Source of the DNA: Tubulanus polymorphus
Taxonomy: Eukaryota; Animalia; Nemertea
NCBI RefSeq assembly: GCF_964204645.1
Contig: NC_134031.1
Span: 16,727,807-16,791,806 of the forward strand
Direction of reading: 5' to 3'
Length of the DNA: 64,000 bases
Positions 35,501-49,964 of the stretch are shown piece by piece. The position numbers were made by a program, and so were the translations under genes. A model generated the notes under the pieces. It saw only the letters and a list, made by a program, of their open reading frames with translations, was not told the DNA's origin and made no database searches. Position 1 is the stretch's first letter. Each line of letters starts with the position of its first letter.

Positions 35501-38500
35501 AAACCATTAATTTGGCGGGATTGTAAGCAATTATTATCTTTTACACCACTAATCTCTGTTTCTCTATTTTCGGTAACTGCCTAATTGGGTAAAAAAAATC
35601 CAAGTTTTTTTTACATCTATAAACATTTCTCATTGCCTATTTCTCAAAATTGAAAGAGTTTTAAAGGAGTTTCAGGCGTTTTGTTCAAATTAAAGGAGTT
35701 TCGAGCACCTTTAAAAGCATATTCTGTTTAAAAGGAGTTTTTAAGGAGTCGGTAGGGACCCTGTCTTACCTTCGTGCCGGAGTGAAAAACAGAATCCGTC
35801 TGCACGATCCAACTCGGTTTCTTGATGCCGACGGCAGAAACCGGAAACGAACATTTATCTGGCTGAAATGCGATAACGCCGAGCATCAACGACGAAGTCC
35901 AACGGGTCGAAACACAATCTACTTTTACCTGAGAAAAGAACAAGTGTTAACGTGCTATCGATGTCATAGCATTCGAAAAGCTTCATCATCAAAACTAAAC
36001 AAACAAAACGCTTACTTTGAATATATAATTCTTTGGTAGAGGCTTATTGCTGACCACTATACCCTGGTTGTAGCTGGCCGTACGACGCGCCGTCAAATTA
36101 TGGTTGTTCAACGAAATATTTTTGCCGTGATTCGAATGAAAATCTAGCAGTAAACTGTTCGCCGTGTCCTGGTCTTGGTCGTTCTACAAAAATTTTAAAC
36201 GAATCGGTAAATCGAATCGGTGAATCGGAATTTCATTTTCCCGATCGGTCATCGAACGATCGACTTACGTCGGCGTTGTTTACGTCTGCCAAGTCGGAAT
36301 AGATGAGTTGAGGTTGCGAAGTGATCGGTTGATCTAACGACGATGAACTGGTTATCGTGATGACTTCGACCATTCCGTACAAATCGATCACCGCGAACAC
36401 GTTCTTCGGTATATTAGTAGCGGCCACGCCCATATCTTCGCCATTGATGTGGATGCGCATTTCACCGTTAGTTGTTCGCCGTACACCGATCCTATCGCCG
36501 ACCTAAAACAACAATTTTGTCGGATAAAGCTACGGTACATTCACCGCGTACAGGCGCCAGTTGCATTATCATAAGACCAACTTAGTTCTATAGCCAATCT
36601 GACAACTTAAGACCAGTCTTAAGATTTGAGACCACTTTTGGACTTAAGGCACGACTGTGCAACTTGCCCTTGAGTCTAAATCAGTTCATATCAATATTTC
36701 AAATTTAGGTTACTACTGTGAAACTGAAGCCTCAGGACCCAGTTCCACGGTTCTGAGTTAAGATTTGACTCTGAGTTAACTCATTGAAAATGAACTTATT
36801 TCAACTCAGAGTTAACTAGAACTCACAACTGTGGAACTGGGTCTTGATCTGCTAAAATATTAGGCTTTTATATTCAAGCCGTGGAATTTCTATTTTAAAG
36901 AGAAGTAAGTTAAAAAGACTTTAAATTACATCCAATCTTTCCAATGGAGGGACATAATTTTCGTTGATGACGACGCCGTTTTTAAGAACGGTAGTTCCCG
37001 CTACGAGCCAGATCGGTTTCGTTGTCATTTCCATCGCAGACGCCGGTATGTTAGCGATCGGTGTACTGTCGGATATCGCCATACTCGTCAAACCAATCAT
37101 CAAAGAGCCCGACCACTGTTGAGACATACGATCTATTTGTACCTAGGAAACAAGAGCAATATTCTGTGATGCACAGCAGGGGTACATCTAGGGCAAAGAT
37201 CTAAAGGTATTGCCAAATTCTTTAAGGGTAAATTTATCAACAAAATACATCGTTTTCCGCATTTTTTGCAAGGAAATACATTCTTTTCCACATTTTTTGC
37301 AGAAAGTGCAATTTTCAGATTTTTTTCATCAAAATTGTGCCCTATATGACATTGAGTGTCTTAAACTATAGATAAAGGGGCACTCAAAAATTTCAGAAGA
37401 CCCTCGGGATCCATCCTCTTCGTAGGACATTCAACTCATAGGTTCTAACCGTCTTAATACTAGTTAATTCAAACTTTTTTATACAGTTCATTTGGAGAAT
37501 CATAAATTACACGTATTCACGTACCTCAAACATTTCATCAGCTCTTAACGGATCGCAACTGAATACAATGCCGTAATTAAAATTCTGCGTACGTTGCGCT
37601 ATGCAACCATTCCTCGTGTTCTTCAACGTAACGTGTTTACCACAACACTGACTAAATCTGTGAACTGTCAATTCTATATTCATGACAAAAAAAAACCAAG
37701 AGTCCATCATTTGCTGGTAACAAATATTTCACTAGATCCGGGGTAAGATTGATAAACTCTGAAATTTTCACGTTCTTTCACATCCTAACAATCTGCAATT
37801 TTCACAATAAAATTTCAGGATTTTTTATGTATTATTCATTCACACAATTTGACCCCTACTAGATACTGATATTCGAAAGATAAATTTTTGTACAAACCTG
37901 AATTGGCGGGCGTTACTATCTGAGGGATGGTGGTCAAAACTGGTTCATCTAATAGTCTATTACTCAATGGTTGGATACCAGATCCATTAGTGATAGAAAC
38001 CTGTGCACATTGCCCGTACAAATCAACAACAGCAAAAATACCTGAAACACAAACGTAGATTGCTATAAAAGTAGGGTCGATGCCTTCTTCTAAAACATCC
38101 CTTAACGCTAAGAAATGCAGTTACGTACCTCGTGGAATATAATTACAAGCGATTCCCTGATCAATTCCGTCGAGATAATAGTGTAACGATCCGTCTGATT
38201 TACGCATCATTCCAACTCGTGATCCGGTAATCAACGTATCCAAATCGCAAGAATAACCGTTATGTACGGTCGAACCATCCTTCATTATAGCAGATCCACT
38301 GAAACAATCAACAGGGTTCCTTTAGATCAGGGAATCCGAGATTTCCACACGCGGTGTATTTTCGGAACCTACACCAAAAATTCCTGATTGACTTTTAAGA
38401 TATTGTCAGTGGGGGCTGTTTCTGCTGCCACTCATCACCGGCAAGAATGACAAGGTACCAAAATTCAAATTTCCTGACATTCCCCTGATTTTCAAGTGAT

Positions 38501-41500
38501 AATTCGCTATGCAAAAAATAAATCTGAAATTCCCTGATTTTCTCTATTCACTCTGCTGGTCCCTCCTAACCTATTTCAGTAACGTATATCGTATTCACTT
38601 AATGATTCATTTATGCATTTAATATATCATTAATTCATTCATCCAAATATATACCAGGGTCCGGTTTCATAGACTGAGTATCAAAGTTATCCTTAGGGGT
38701 AAATCCTCAATTTGGGTGACAACCTGTGCCCAGGACTGGGTTTCATAGACGTGGAAGCAAAATAATCCCTGGGAAAATTTTGAAATTTGTCAGTTACATC
38801 CATGGTTTCTCATTGTTACTACATTGGTTGTTACCCAGATTAAGAAGTTACCCCTAGGGATAACTTTGATACCAGCCTATGAAAACGGGCCCAGCATTAC
38901 AAAGTCATTATGCTAACTAATCATGTTTAATTACCTATAACAGACATTAAAGAAGCGAATAAAGATAATAAATACCTCAACATCCACGTATCGTATTCGA
39001 TATCAGTCATCGTGTTCGGGAATTCGATTTCTTCGGGACGAATCATCGTGACGCCGGCTTCGATCGAGCCCGACCACCGATCGACCATCTTATCGATGAT
39101 CACCTCGAACAGTTCGTTATCGCGTAACGCTCGACTGCTCATGACGATCGCGTCGTTGAACTCGCCGCGCGCGTTCGGTCGTTGCGCCGTGCGTCCGTTG
39201 TTGACGATGATCGCGTTTTTGCCGTGCACTGTGTGGAAGAGGAGGTCGTCGGCTTCGACGATGACCGGACTGCCGAGTTCGCTCGCTGAATCCAACTCCG
39301 GAACTAAATTCATCAAATAAAACCACTTCAGTGTTCTCAACAACAGGTTTTAGAGGGGCGGCCACCACTTTCATTTTTACATACAACCCTCTAAAAATCA
39401 GCCACCCCTTATAAAATATCTTCTGCCCCTACTAGAATTGATGTCAATATTCTATCAATGCTGATAATTGAATGTGAAAAATATAAGATTACACGAAAAT
39501 TAAGCTTAGATTTTCTGTACTTTTTGGGGGATTGAAAGCCTTGCTACATTAGCAGTCATGATGTTATACACTGATCAATGAATGCGGCCTCTTAAGAATT
39601 CCCATCCCAATGAATATGAAATGCCCTTTAGCCCCTTAAAGGTATTGCAGGTATAATTGGAGACATCTTTTTTCACAGTGTATTTTGGGCATATATCGCA
39701 GGTAGAAATACCAGGGGGATGTCATTACACCGAAATTTCATCCAAACATTTTTGATGCAATTATACATTCTCGATATTATTTCATATGCCTTTAAATTCT
39801 AAAAATCGCCAACTTAGTTTACAGAGAAATGAATATCTTACTCGTAGCAGCAGCTGCTATCGCTCCCTGGTCGACTATCGTAGCTTGCGCCGCTTGGCCG
39901 TACAGGTCAATAACGCCGTAGATGTTCGACGGTACGTTGGACGCCGCTAAGCCCTGATCGATTCCGTTCACGTAGAAATTCAGCGTGCCGTTCTCCTTCC
40001 GGCAAACGCTGACTCTATCTCCGCACTGAAATCCGAATAACATTTCTTCTAATCGTTCCTAGATTTAACAAGATCCAACGATCAATGCCTGCTCGTCATT
40101 CAGTGTCAATCTGAGCCAGGCATAGCGCCTTCTCATACTCTACCCCCAATACCTGTACTCCGAAATACCTATACCCCATTACCTATACTACGGACAAATT
40201 AATACTTTATCTAGTCCAATCAAATCTCGTCTTTCAATCAACATTTTTATATCAAATTCAAAACCCATTTGTGCATCGAAGCTTTCAATCAAAATCAAAT
40301 TAAGTTTTCCCTGTTCTCTTTGTATCATGTAAATAAAGTCGTGGGCTGATTTTATATGGATTTCAGGCTCAACAAATCATAATAGTATAAGTAGTATCAT
40401 TCCAGGGTTCTATCAGATAAGGAAAATTCCCTGTATTTCCTCGCAGCAAAAAAATGAATCCAGATTTTGCTGATTTTCCCGATCTGATAAGAACCCTATA
40501 TAGGCCTAACCATCGATGTAATAATAATAATTGTCATTTATATAGTGCAGGTATCCAAACTAGTCGGTTAAAATGCGCTCCAAATTTGGTATTATCACCC
40601 AAGCCTATAACTCTATGTATCAGTCTCCCAGGGGAGAAATAACACTTTTTTACCTTCAATCGATCTAAATTTTGTCCGTATTCATCGATGACCGTCGTTC
40701 CGTTGTGCATGACCCCGTTCCCGGTCATCATCCACGTTCCCGAGCGAATGTTCGTCATCGTCGACGGAAAGTCTAAATCGGCCGCCGAATGCGTCGTCAC
40801 GCCGATCTCAATCGACCCCGCCCACTTATCGACGATTTTATCGATTCGAACTTCGAACATTTCGCCGGCTCTGAGGGGTCGGTTCGTCAGAACGACACCG
40901 TTATTAAAATCATCCGTTGCGCTGAAATAAAAACAATCCAAAAATAAATATAATTAAATGAAACCTTTGCGATGAATAATTACACTGAACTGTACTGCCA
41001 ATCATTTATAAATATCTCAATGTTATTGAGTTATTTTTGAAAGTTTTCTTTTCATTTCAATTGCAGCCTGGGTAGAGATTGCTGTCAGATTGTTGAATGA
41101 AATTTTCACATTCTTCCATTTCTTTCACAACAAAATACCAGCATTTTTCACACTCTAACGCATAATTCTTCCAAAATTTCTTTAACTTAAACACAGATTT
41201 TGCATAATTTCTGGGCTCAACAGTGTATAGCATACAAAGACAAGGACCAAAATATTTTGTCAAGCATTTTTCTTGAATTTTGAACACATTTTCTGGATTT
41301 TTTTCTTTTTCCAATTTTTTTTCACAATTTTGATTGAGGTTTTCAATTTTCCAGTTTTTTAGACCAATATGACTGACTACTGCATTTGTTGGATTTTATG
41401 GAAAAATGTGCTTCTATCTGTATGCAAATCAATGTACTGATAAATACTTACTTCGGTCGGTAAGCCGTTTTCTGACCATTACTGACAGCCGAATGAGATC

Positions 41501-44382
41501 CACATCTATTGTCGAACAATAACGGGCCCGCATCGCCAGCACCATCTATCATCAAGAAATTAAAACAAAATATAGGAATTTGAAGATTCACTATATCGAT
41601 TAAATTAGCGACAGTCGGCATGCGGCTGACCTGGATCGTCGAGATACATGTCTCTGAATTGTCGGAACACGTTTTTAACGCGACGGTCGATATTCTGCTG
41701 CTGTTCGAGGTGTAATGAATCGTCCGCGCGGTCGATGATTTCTACTTTCACGGCCATTCCGTACAGATCGACGACGCCCCAGACGACGGACGGAGTACGA
41801 CTCGCCGCCACTCCCTGATCCATTCCGTTGATGTAATAGTGCAACGTGCCGTTCGATTTTCTCATCAATCCGATTCGATCGTTTTCCTAAACGTCACGAG
41901 ACACGATTTAAAATCAGGGTTATGCAAAACTCTATTAAACTCATTTCAAACAGGAGCCAGTTGGTCAAAGTTTACTAGTGGATAGTTGACATTATCAAAA
42001 CTTCATCACTTCAATGGTATATATCTGATTGTTAGCTAAACTGGCCCCTGATAAAAACAGTGAATTCTCCCTCACTCGTGTTAGCATGGCGACCAAAAAA
42101 ATATCGAGATCACTGGAGTTCATATTCACAACAATGTTTTTCCAAACAAATGCTACCAAAATTAACTCAGACTTGAGCTGTTTACCTAGTTACCAGTAGC
42201 CTGCTGAGTTAAGGAATAGTCTACTAACAGATTGTGAGCTCCTGGCTGTATAGAAGAAAATATAAAGAAAAACTTACGACGAGTTCATCCAGATTATATT
42301 CTCCATATTCACGACGCGTGCCTTTACCATTAGTTAATATTCCACAACCACTCATCATTATTGTACCAGCTGAAATACAGAGTTAAACATCAGCCCAATG
42401 ATTATGAGTTTCTGATCTGACTATCAGAAAAATTGGAGTGAGAGATGATATTAGATCAGAATGAACGAGAGGGAGAAATGATTTTTTACTTACCAGATCT
42501 CATGTTTGTCATCGTAGCCGGGAAATCTAATGTCGAAGGGTTATGAGTAGTGATTCCCACTTCTATCGATCCCGACCACTTATCAACCAATCGAACTAAC
42601 CTTATCTACAGGAGAAAAACACAACAGAAATATTTTCAATTCATTCCTCTCTGATTTTCTCAAGATAATTTGGTTTTTGATATCTAAAATTTATATACAG
42701 TTAGCTTTAATTGGATCGTCTATTCTCCATGTCTGAGTGAAGATGAATTCAACCATAGGGTGGTCAATTTCATTTGACTTGCTTTTCCCTGACTGACTTT
42801 TCCCTGACATGCATGTTGCTTTCCCTAACTTGATATGCTAAGAATCCAAGCACAATTAAATACATAAGATGTAGACAGAAACTAAATAAGGAATCTAGGA
42901 ATCTCAACTAATTCCCCTGAGCTTTTAGCTTTCTTTTTCTAAATTCCCAGACTATCCCCTGACTTTTACAAAGCAAAGAAAATACCCTGAATTTTACCTG
43001 ATTCCAAGTAAAGTGGCCACCCTGACTCTGGAAAGATAAAATTCCTTACCTCGAATAATTCATCGTCGTTAAGAGGCCTGTTCGTCATGACGACGCCGTT
43101 GTTGAATTCGTCCATTGGACGGCGTCGTTCGGCCGATCGACGATTGTTGCCTAATTTCACCAAACTGCCGCATCTCTCGTGGAACGTGAGCAGTTCGTTC
43201 GAATGTAAACACGACGCTTCGTAAATAGCCTCATTCGCCAGTTCGTTACTTATTGCTGCAAAATAGATTCGAATTTTAGCCCGAGTGGTAAATCTTCAAC
43301 CTGGTCGACTAACACCACACTTACAACGAGAAACCATGGTAATAACTGACAAATTTCAAAATTTTCTTAGCTAGGATTATTCTGACCACACACAGGGTGG
43401 GACCACCTTCCACCCATTTACAAATCCCCGAGTTTTCAATATGAGTACAAAAAAATTCCCTGAGTGAATTAGAGAAATATCTAAGCTTTAAATCTAAGAA
43501 TTCATCCAATTTTAATTGAATTACGTATTGATAAAGACACAGTTTCCCAGGTTTTTGGTAAAATTTGTCAAATTCCCTGAGTTTGGCATATTTTCCAGGG
43601 GCCAGATGCTTAATAAAAGTTGGTTAAGAGTTATCCAGTGGATAGTAGACATAGTGACAATTGAAATTTCATTGACCCCTGGTCAGTAGCCAACCGGCCA
43701 TATAAAACTCAGCCTTAGGAAAACATAAGTGATTACCGTAAATACTAACCGTTTACGACCATATCCTGTTGACTGTTATCATCTACGACCGTGATCTGCG
43801 AACATTTTCCGTACATATCGATGACCGCGTAAATTTTACTGGGAATGTTCGTCGCCGCGACGCCCTGGTCTTCGCCGTTCACGAAAAAATGTAACGATCC
43901 GTTCGACGTTCGTAAAACTCCGACGCGATCGTTCTCGCCGAGTTGATCTAAATCTCGGCCGTATTCCTCGATGTGAGAGTGTCCGTCTTTTAGCACGGAA
44001 CTGCCCGACATCACCCACGTGCCTTCTCGGAATCCGGTGGCGCTCGTCGGGAAATTCAAATGTTGCGGATCGCATGTCGTCACGCCGACTTCAATAGATC
44101 CACTCCATGAATTAATCTAAATATCAATTAGTTAATACATTTATTACCCTAGACTCGATCTTATGATCTACCTTCTACTGAATTCACCAACACCAACGTA
44201 TAACAGACAGACTATTATGTTACCTTTTTGTCGATTCTGACTTCGAATAATTGGTTATCTTTCAGCGGTTGGCTGCTCAGAACTACCCCATTGTTGAACT
44301 CCTGCGCCGGGAAATTTCTCTGCGCCGTTTTATTGCCGTTTGAAAGTTGAACGAGGGAACCAGTGCGGGGATGCAACAACAT
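32563..44382 (-). CDS. NEURL4: Neuralized-like protein 4 (tandem NHR domains plus C-terminal ADP-ribosyltransferase-like domain), multi-exon
   Basis: Starts [40 protein letters not shown]. Repeated NHR motifs ([44 protein letters not shown]) occur in about six copies. C-terminus [62 protein letters not shown]. Confidence 0.93.
38658..38891. mobile_element. Harbinger-like MITE with long TIRs and CAG flanks; related foldback at ~36735-36845
   Basis: ggtccggtttcatagactgagtatcaaagttatccttaggggtaa versus ttacccctagggataactttgataccagcctatgaaaacgggcc (inverted); CAG on both sides. Confidence 0.65.
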
Positions 44383-45429
44383 TACAACGTCATATTATTA
44401 TTTATTTCATTGGGAAAAACTGACAAATCGAAACGACGGCCATTACGAACATAGGTGTCTACAATAGCTGAACTTTGTATTCGATACAGTTGGTAGGGTG
44501 TTTACCACGGCCGCGGGCCGGTGGGCGATTTGATTGCAAATGAATGACGGACAGTTTCACTAAACACCGTTTAGGGGCTCAAGACCCCAGTGACACCTAA
44601 ACATGAAGCATGACTGATGGATGATAAATCCAGTGATGACCTACCCCAGTATTGTTAAAAGGAAACTTAGTTGAAGCTTTGTCCTTTTGGCGGTAAAGAT
44701 CGAATGGGCTTATACCAACTTATGTGGTTTATGAAAATATCCGATCGTGAAACTAAACCACAGACAGGTTACTGACTACAGTCCTTCGGGCTTCCAGGGG
44801 TCCCCAGCCTGGCCGATGTCGAAGGTCTGGAGGGTGTTAAGTTGCTACTTTTTCCATTGTACAGAGATACCGCCGGGGTTGGTCATTGATGCTGGGTTTT
44901 ATTCAAGATGAATTGTGAAAATTCTCTGTGGGATTATGTTGCAAGGACTCTACGATGAGACAATTGTAGAGGACATCTCTTCAGTGTAGATAAATGATGC
45001 TGGGTGCATAACATATTTCAAATTTCGTATTGACTGCACTTGTCGAAGCAACCAGTACCATTGCTGAATTTCTGAAAATCCAGTGTCAAGAAGACGGGAA
45101 CCACACCAGAGCCATAAATCAATCATAGTGAAAACAACATTCATAAACAAATCGGTGTATTTATTTACTATATCTAACAAACTTAGGACCTCCAGCATTC
45201 AATACAATGAAAAAGAAAATCCATTTTCAATCAGATATTCAAGTCATGTTAAAACCTATAATTAAACATGATTTTAATTGGTCAAACTTTCGAATATTAC
45301 AAGATGAAAAACTGCACAATTCAATAGAATACTGGTTTTAATGCATCGCACATAGTCCTCGCGAAGGACTCCCTCCGATTGTAGTTCTCGTCCAACTTCA
45401 CAGTATACATATTTCTATCTAAAAATCTC

Positions 45430-47376
45430 CTATTTCTTCTTCGGCAGCAATTTCTCTAGATTCTTATCGAAATCCGACTCGTTAATGTTCATCATAAGAG
45501 TACCGGCGTTAAGATACACCCTGTTCTGCGAGTTTGCGATCTACAAATAAATGCGTAACATTCACTATTCACTTGATTCACGAGATTAGGCAGAAATTTC
45601 AACCGAACCGATGTGATAAACTTACAGTTCTGGCAATGTTCTGCGCAGCTCGAATTTTACGTAGTTTAAGGTAACCAGGATTAGCAGTAATAGCTTCACC
45701 GATCAGTTTAGCAGCTTGAGCTTCACCCTCGGCTTGCACTACTTTTTGTTGTTTCTCCTGTTTGGCAATCTCGACGACCAATTGAGCTCTTTGAGCTTCT
45801 TGTTGAGCGACCTAATAATCACGAACACACGAATATAGTTATGTTGCTTCGAACAAAGCAAGCCTACAAGTACTGACCAAGTACCACATGTGATATATGT
45901 CTCAATCTTTAAACCGAATTCCACCGATCAACAAAACTGGGTCCAGATGACATTTAATTACATAAATTCTTAAATGGTTTCTCATGGGCGGTTGGAAAAT
46001 AAATGAATGATCCCTTACATATCTTTCAAAATTCCCAATTTTTGTATTTTCGTGGAGAAAGGCTTTCAATTCAAACATTCAAAATCAGACCTAAAGTCAC
46101 TGGTTAATTTCACGAGATCTGGACTGTAACTGACCTGCTTTGATTCGACGGCTGCCGTATACTCTTTTCCGAAACTCAATTCAGTGATGGAAACGTCGTC
46201 GACGATTAGACGGAAATCTTTCGCGCGTTCGGTCAGTTCACTACGAATGAGTAACGAAACCTGCTGTCGTTGTGTGATCAATTGTGAAGCGTTGAATTTA
46301 GCTACGACCGCTTTCAAAACCTTGAAATATGAAAAAAATCGAATTTGGTTTTTTCCATCATTCGTTTTCTACGCAACATGAGACATCGACCAGGATTCAT
46401 AAATTCATGACATTACCTCATTCACAATTGAAGGTAACACTCGGTCATCATAGTCCGTTCCCAGTTGACGATACATATTCGGTAATTGCATTGCATCTGG
46501 TCTGGCTAACACACGTAGTGAAATATTAACCATTTGTAAATCTGAAAAATGTATACATTGAATCATTGCATCAACACAATTAACTGACTAATTTGTAAAA
46601 ATAACGCATATAAAAGTATCAATCGTTTGCCTATTACCTTTGCTACCAGTTGGTGAGGTAATTTTTCTTGGCCTCGATCGAATGTCATAGATTATTGGAT
46701 AATGAAACCACGGAACTCTGTAAATGAAACATATTTCAATTTGCAATCAACTCGTACAGGGGCTGCGCAGTGACCTCCAGATTGGGAGGGGGTTAATTTG
46801 CAATGTACTTCTAGCTAGGATCAAAAGAACTGAAAGTGCTCATTTGCAATCAACTCGTACAGGGGCTGCGCAGTGACCTCCAGATTGGGAGGGGGTTAAT
46901 TGGCAATGTAGTTCTAGCTAGGATCAAAAGAACTGAAAGTGCTCAATAAGGGATCCAGGGTCCATGCTTAAAAACTGAAACTTTTTGGGGAGAGCCCTGG
47001 TTGACACATACTGTCACTAGGAAAAGGAGACTGGCTGCTGGGGCGAATGTTTTCAACTACTAACCGGAAATGAAGTCCTTCTGTATAAACATCATTTTTC
47101 ACGCCACCGATTCTGCTGAAAATAATAGCACGGTGACCACCATCGACTGTAAAGAATAATCAACAATTGTGTAACTGTTGTTGCATCAGTAGGTTTTACA
47201 AGTTACATGACATTACAGCGCCATCTGGTGATAGAAATCTTACCGGTGTAAAACGAGTGTGCGGCTCCATATGCGAGTCCAGCTGCGGCTGCCAGCAGCC
47301 CTACACCTTTACCCAAACCTTTGCCACCCTTGCTTAACCTTCCAGCGAGGTCGTTCATCATGTTCTTACCCTCCAT
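45430..47376 (-). CDS. PHB2: Prohibitin-2, 7 exons
   Basis: [41 protein letters not shown]|[27 protein letters not shown]|[37 protein letters not shown]|[28 protein letters not shown]|[13 protein letters not shown]. Confidence 0.95.
46739..46944. repeat. 103-bp tandem duplication in PHB2 intron 2
   Basis: atttgcaatcaactcgtacaggggctgcgcagtgacc..gaaagtgctc occurs twice, with about 2 mismatches. Confidence 0.85.
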
Positions 47377-47553
47377 TACCAGTTTCTATTCGACTGCGCA
47401 GAGTTAAAAGTGAACCCGGAAGTAAGCCGGTACCTATACCACGTGGTTTCAGATCGAAAAAAGGTCGCTAGCTTTCACGGTTCGGATGCCGGACCGGGCT
47501 CGCGCAGCGGTCGCTCGCTTGATTGTCAAATTTCACTTCCTGGTTTGAAAAAG
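47377..47553. promoter_or_regulatory. Bidirectional promoter PHB2/TRAPPC13
   Basis: Divergent start codons are 177 bp apart; the region is CpG-rich, with ETS/GABP-type sites CCGGAAGT (~47416-47423) and CACTTCC (~47534). Confidence 0.7.
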
Positions 47554-49408
47554 ATGGAAGGCAGCAGGGAAAGGGAGCAGCTTCTGGCTTTGAAAGTGAT
47601 GCGTCTGACGAAACCGTCGTTGATGTTGGGTCACAATGTTATCTGTGATAGTTATGATCTACCCAAGGATGCGTTCAATACGGTTCAGTTGCCTGATTTA
47701 GCCACTGTTCAGGGCGAACAGAAATTGGGCCTCAGCGAACTGTTGACTTTACCCCAGAATTTTGGCAATATATTCTTAGGCGAAACGTTCGCCAGCTACA
47801 TCAGCGTTCACAACGACAGCAATCAAGTGTGCAGAGATGTCCACGTTAAAGCAGACCTACAAACTAGTCTGCAGAGGCTCCCCCTATCAGGTGCGATCTT
47901 CGTCATGTCCGTCATTTGGCTTTCTGAAGAACTAGCTTTTTTAATGCCTTATATCACAGGCACTCGCCGATGGGCTTGGGATACAGTTGCTGGGGTTTTC
48001 GATAGTGTATTTGTGTTTTCACTCGTTATTCTGCAATAAATCCGAGAAAAAACGTCTCGATACTAGGTCACACGGGCACCTGCTACAAGTATTCCCAAGT
48101 ATTCTTAACTACCTTTTCTTTTATCTCCCAGCTACATTTATGCCTGTCCCGACATGGGCCCTAGTAGCTTGTTTACTATTGATTGCCTTATCTTCGCTCA
48201 TGACCTACTCTTAAAACCCTAGTTAAGTTACCTAATCGTCGGTGGTAAGCTTTTATAATTAGATGGGCTTATAGGCCTACCAAGAAAATATAAGAAATGC
48301 GGTTTGTGAAAATATCCGATCGTGAAACTAAACCACAGACAGGTAACTGACTACTATAACCCTAGACCCTAAATTCTGCAAACTTTCCCTTTTGAATAGA
48401 TATGGAAGAAGATGTAGGAAATGGCAGGGATTTTTTTCTACAAAACATGTCAAAATAGCCATTTGAATAATAATAGATTCGCTCTTCATTTCAGGGGCTA
48501 CGACTGATGTCGTTCAGGAATTGAACCCAGATTGCAGCATAGACGACGTCATTCAACACGAGGTTAAAGAACTCGGCACTCATATTCTGGTATGCGCCGT
48601 CAGTTATTTAACCATGTCCGGCGAGAAAATGTATTTTCGCAAATTTTTCAAGTTCCAAGTTTTGAAGCCGCTGGACTTGAAACCGAAATTCTATAACGCC
48701 GAATCCGATGAAGTTTACCTCGAGGCTCAGATCCAGAATTTGACGCCGATGCCGATATTTCTGGAGAAAGTCTCGATGGAACCGTCGCTGGAGTACACGG
48801 CGACCGAACTGAACACTCATACCATAAACGAGGATAAAGATCGATACGTATTCGGGAAAATAAACATGTTGAACCCGATGGACACGCGACAGTATTTGTA
48901 TTGTCTAGTTCCGAAGCCGGAATTGTACGGAGAGTCGAAAGTCATAAAGGGCGTAACGAACATCGGAAAACTGGACATCGTTTGGAAAACGAGCATGGCC
49001 GAAAAAGGCCGCCTTCAAACTAGTCCGTTACAACGCGTAGCCCCCGGTTACGGAGACGTGCGACTGGCGATCGAGTATATGCCGGACGCGATCGCGCTCG
49101 AGAAACCGTTCAACGTTACGTATAAAGTTACGAACTGCAGCGAACGTACGATGGACTTGACACTGGCGCTCGAGAACAGCCCGTCGTCGGGGTTAATGTG
49201 GTGCGGTATATCCGGTCGTCAGCTCGGGAAAATCAGCGCGAACGAGAGCCGCAAAATTAATCTCAGTCTCATCGGAATCGTTCCCGGTTTGCAAACTGTG
49301 TCCGGATTGAAATTGATCGATACATTCCTGAAGCGTACGTACGAACACGACGACATGGCGCAGATTTTCATCTTTTCGGCGAATAACAAAAACGGTTCAG
49401 TAAATTAA
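47554..49408 (+). CDS. TRAPPC13: Trafficking protein particle complex subunit 13, 2 coding exons, 416 aa
   Basis: Exons 47554-47890 and 48495-49408 join in frame. [108 protein letters not shown]. Confidence 0.93.
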
Positions 49409-49964
49409 AGATTATATCCGCATCTTCTCTTCATTTCAAACTGATTGTATTTAGCATGTATGTTATAATATATCACAAATAAAGATTGATGGGCTCTGTT
49501 GAAAGTTTCAAATTTATATTTCTTGGCTTGTTCACAATAGTGACTATGGTCAACTGGTTAATAACAACTCGAGCAATCTTCTTGACAAATAGTGATGATA
49601 ATTGGGATGACGGACATGCAATTTATCTATTATTTCTAATCTTCATAATCTATGTGACCCTAGTTGAACCTGGCCCGCAAGATTTGAGCCCGTAGCCCGC
49701 ATAGATTGCCTTCTTTAAACCGTCTTATGCTGCCATCTACATACATTAGTCAATCGGTTGTATTCTATTGTACTAATACGTATATGCCTGTAGCAAAATG
49801 ATTGAAAATTATGTTTAGAAAATAGATAAATTGATCATCTGGGTATCTGTACAAAGAGAAAAAGCTTAAATCTTTCTCGACAGAGCGTATTTTGAAGTTT
49901 TGAAAAATTGTCTAATATCGTCATTTCGGTTTGAAATTCTGCTCGATTGGATTGAATTTGCAAC

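Noticed and set aside
44780-45000. GC-rich stretch with GAAGGTCTG resembling RNase P RNA CR-I
   Set aside because: No matching CR-V/P4 partner was found; probably NEURL4 upstream DNA or a repeat. An Rfam scan would settle it.
45430-47376. U12-type intron in PHB2
   Set aside because: All six donors are ordinary (GTAAG, GTTAG, GTAAT, GTCAG); none matches GTATCCT or ATATCCT.
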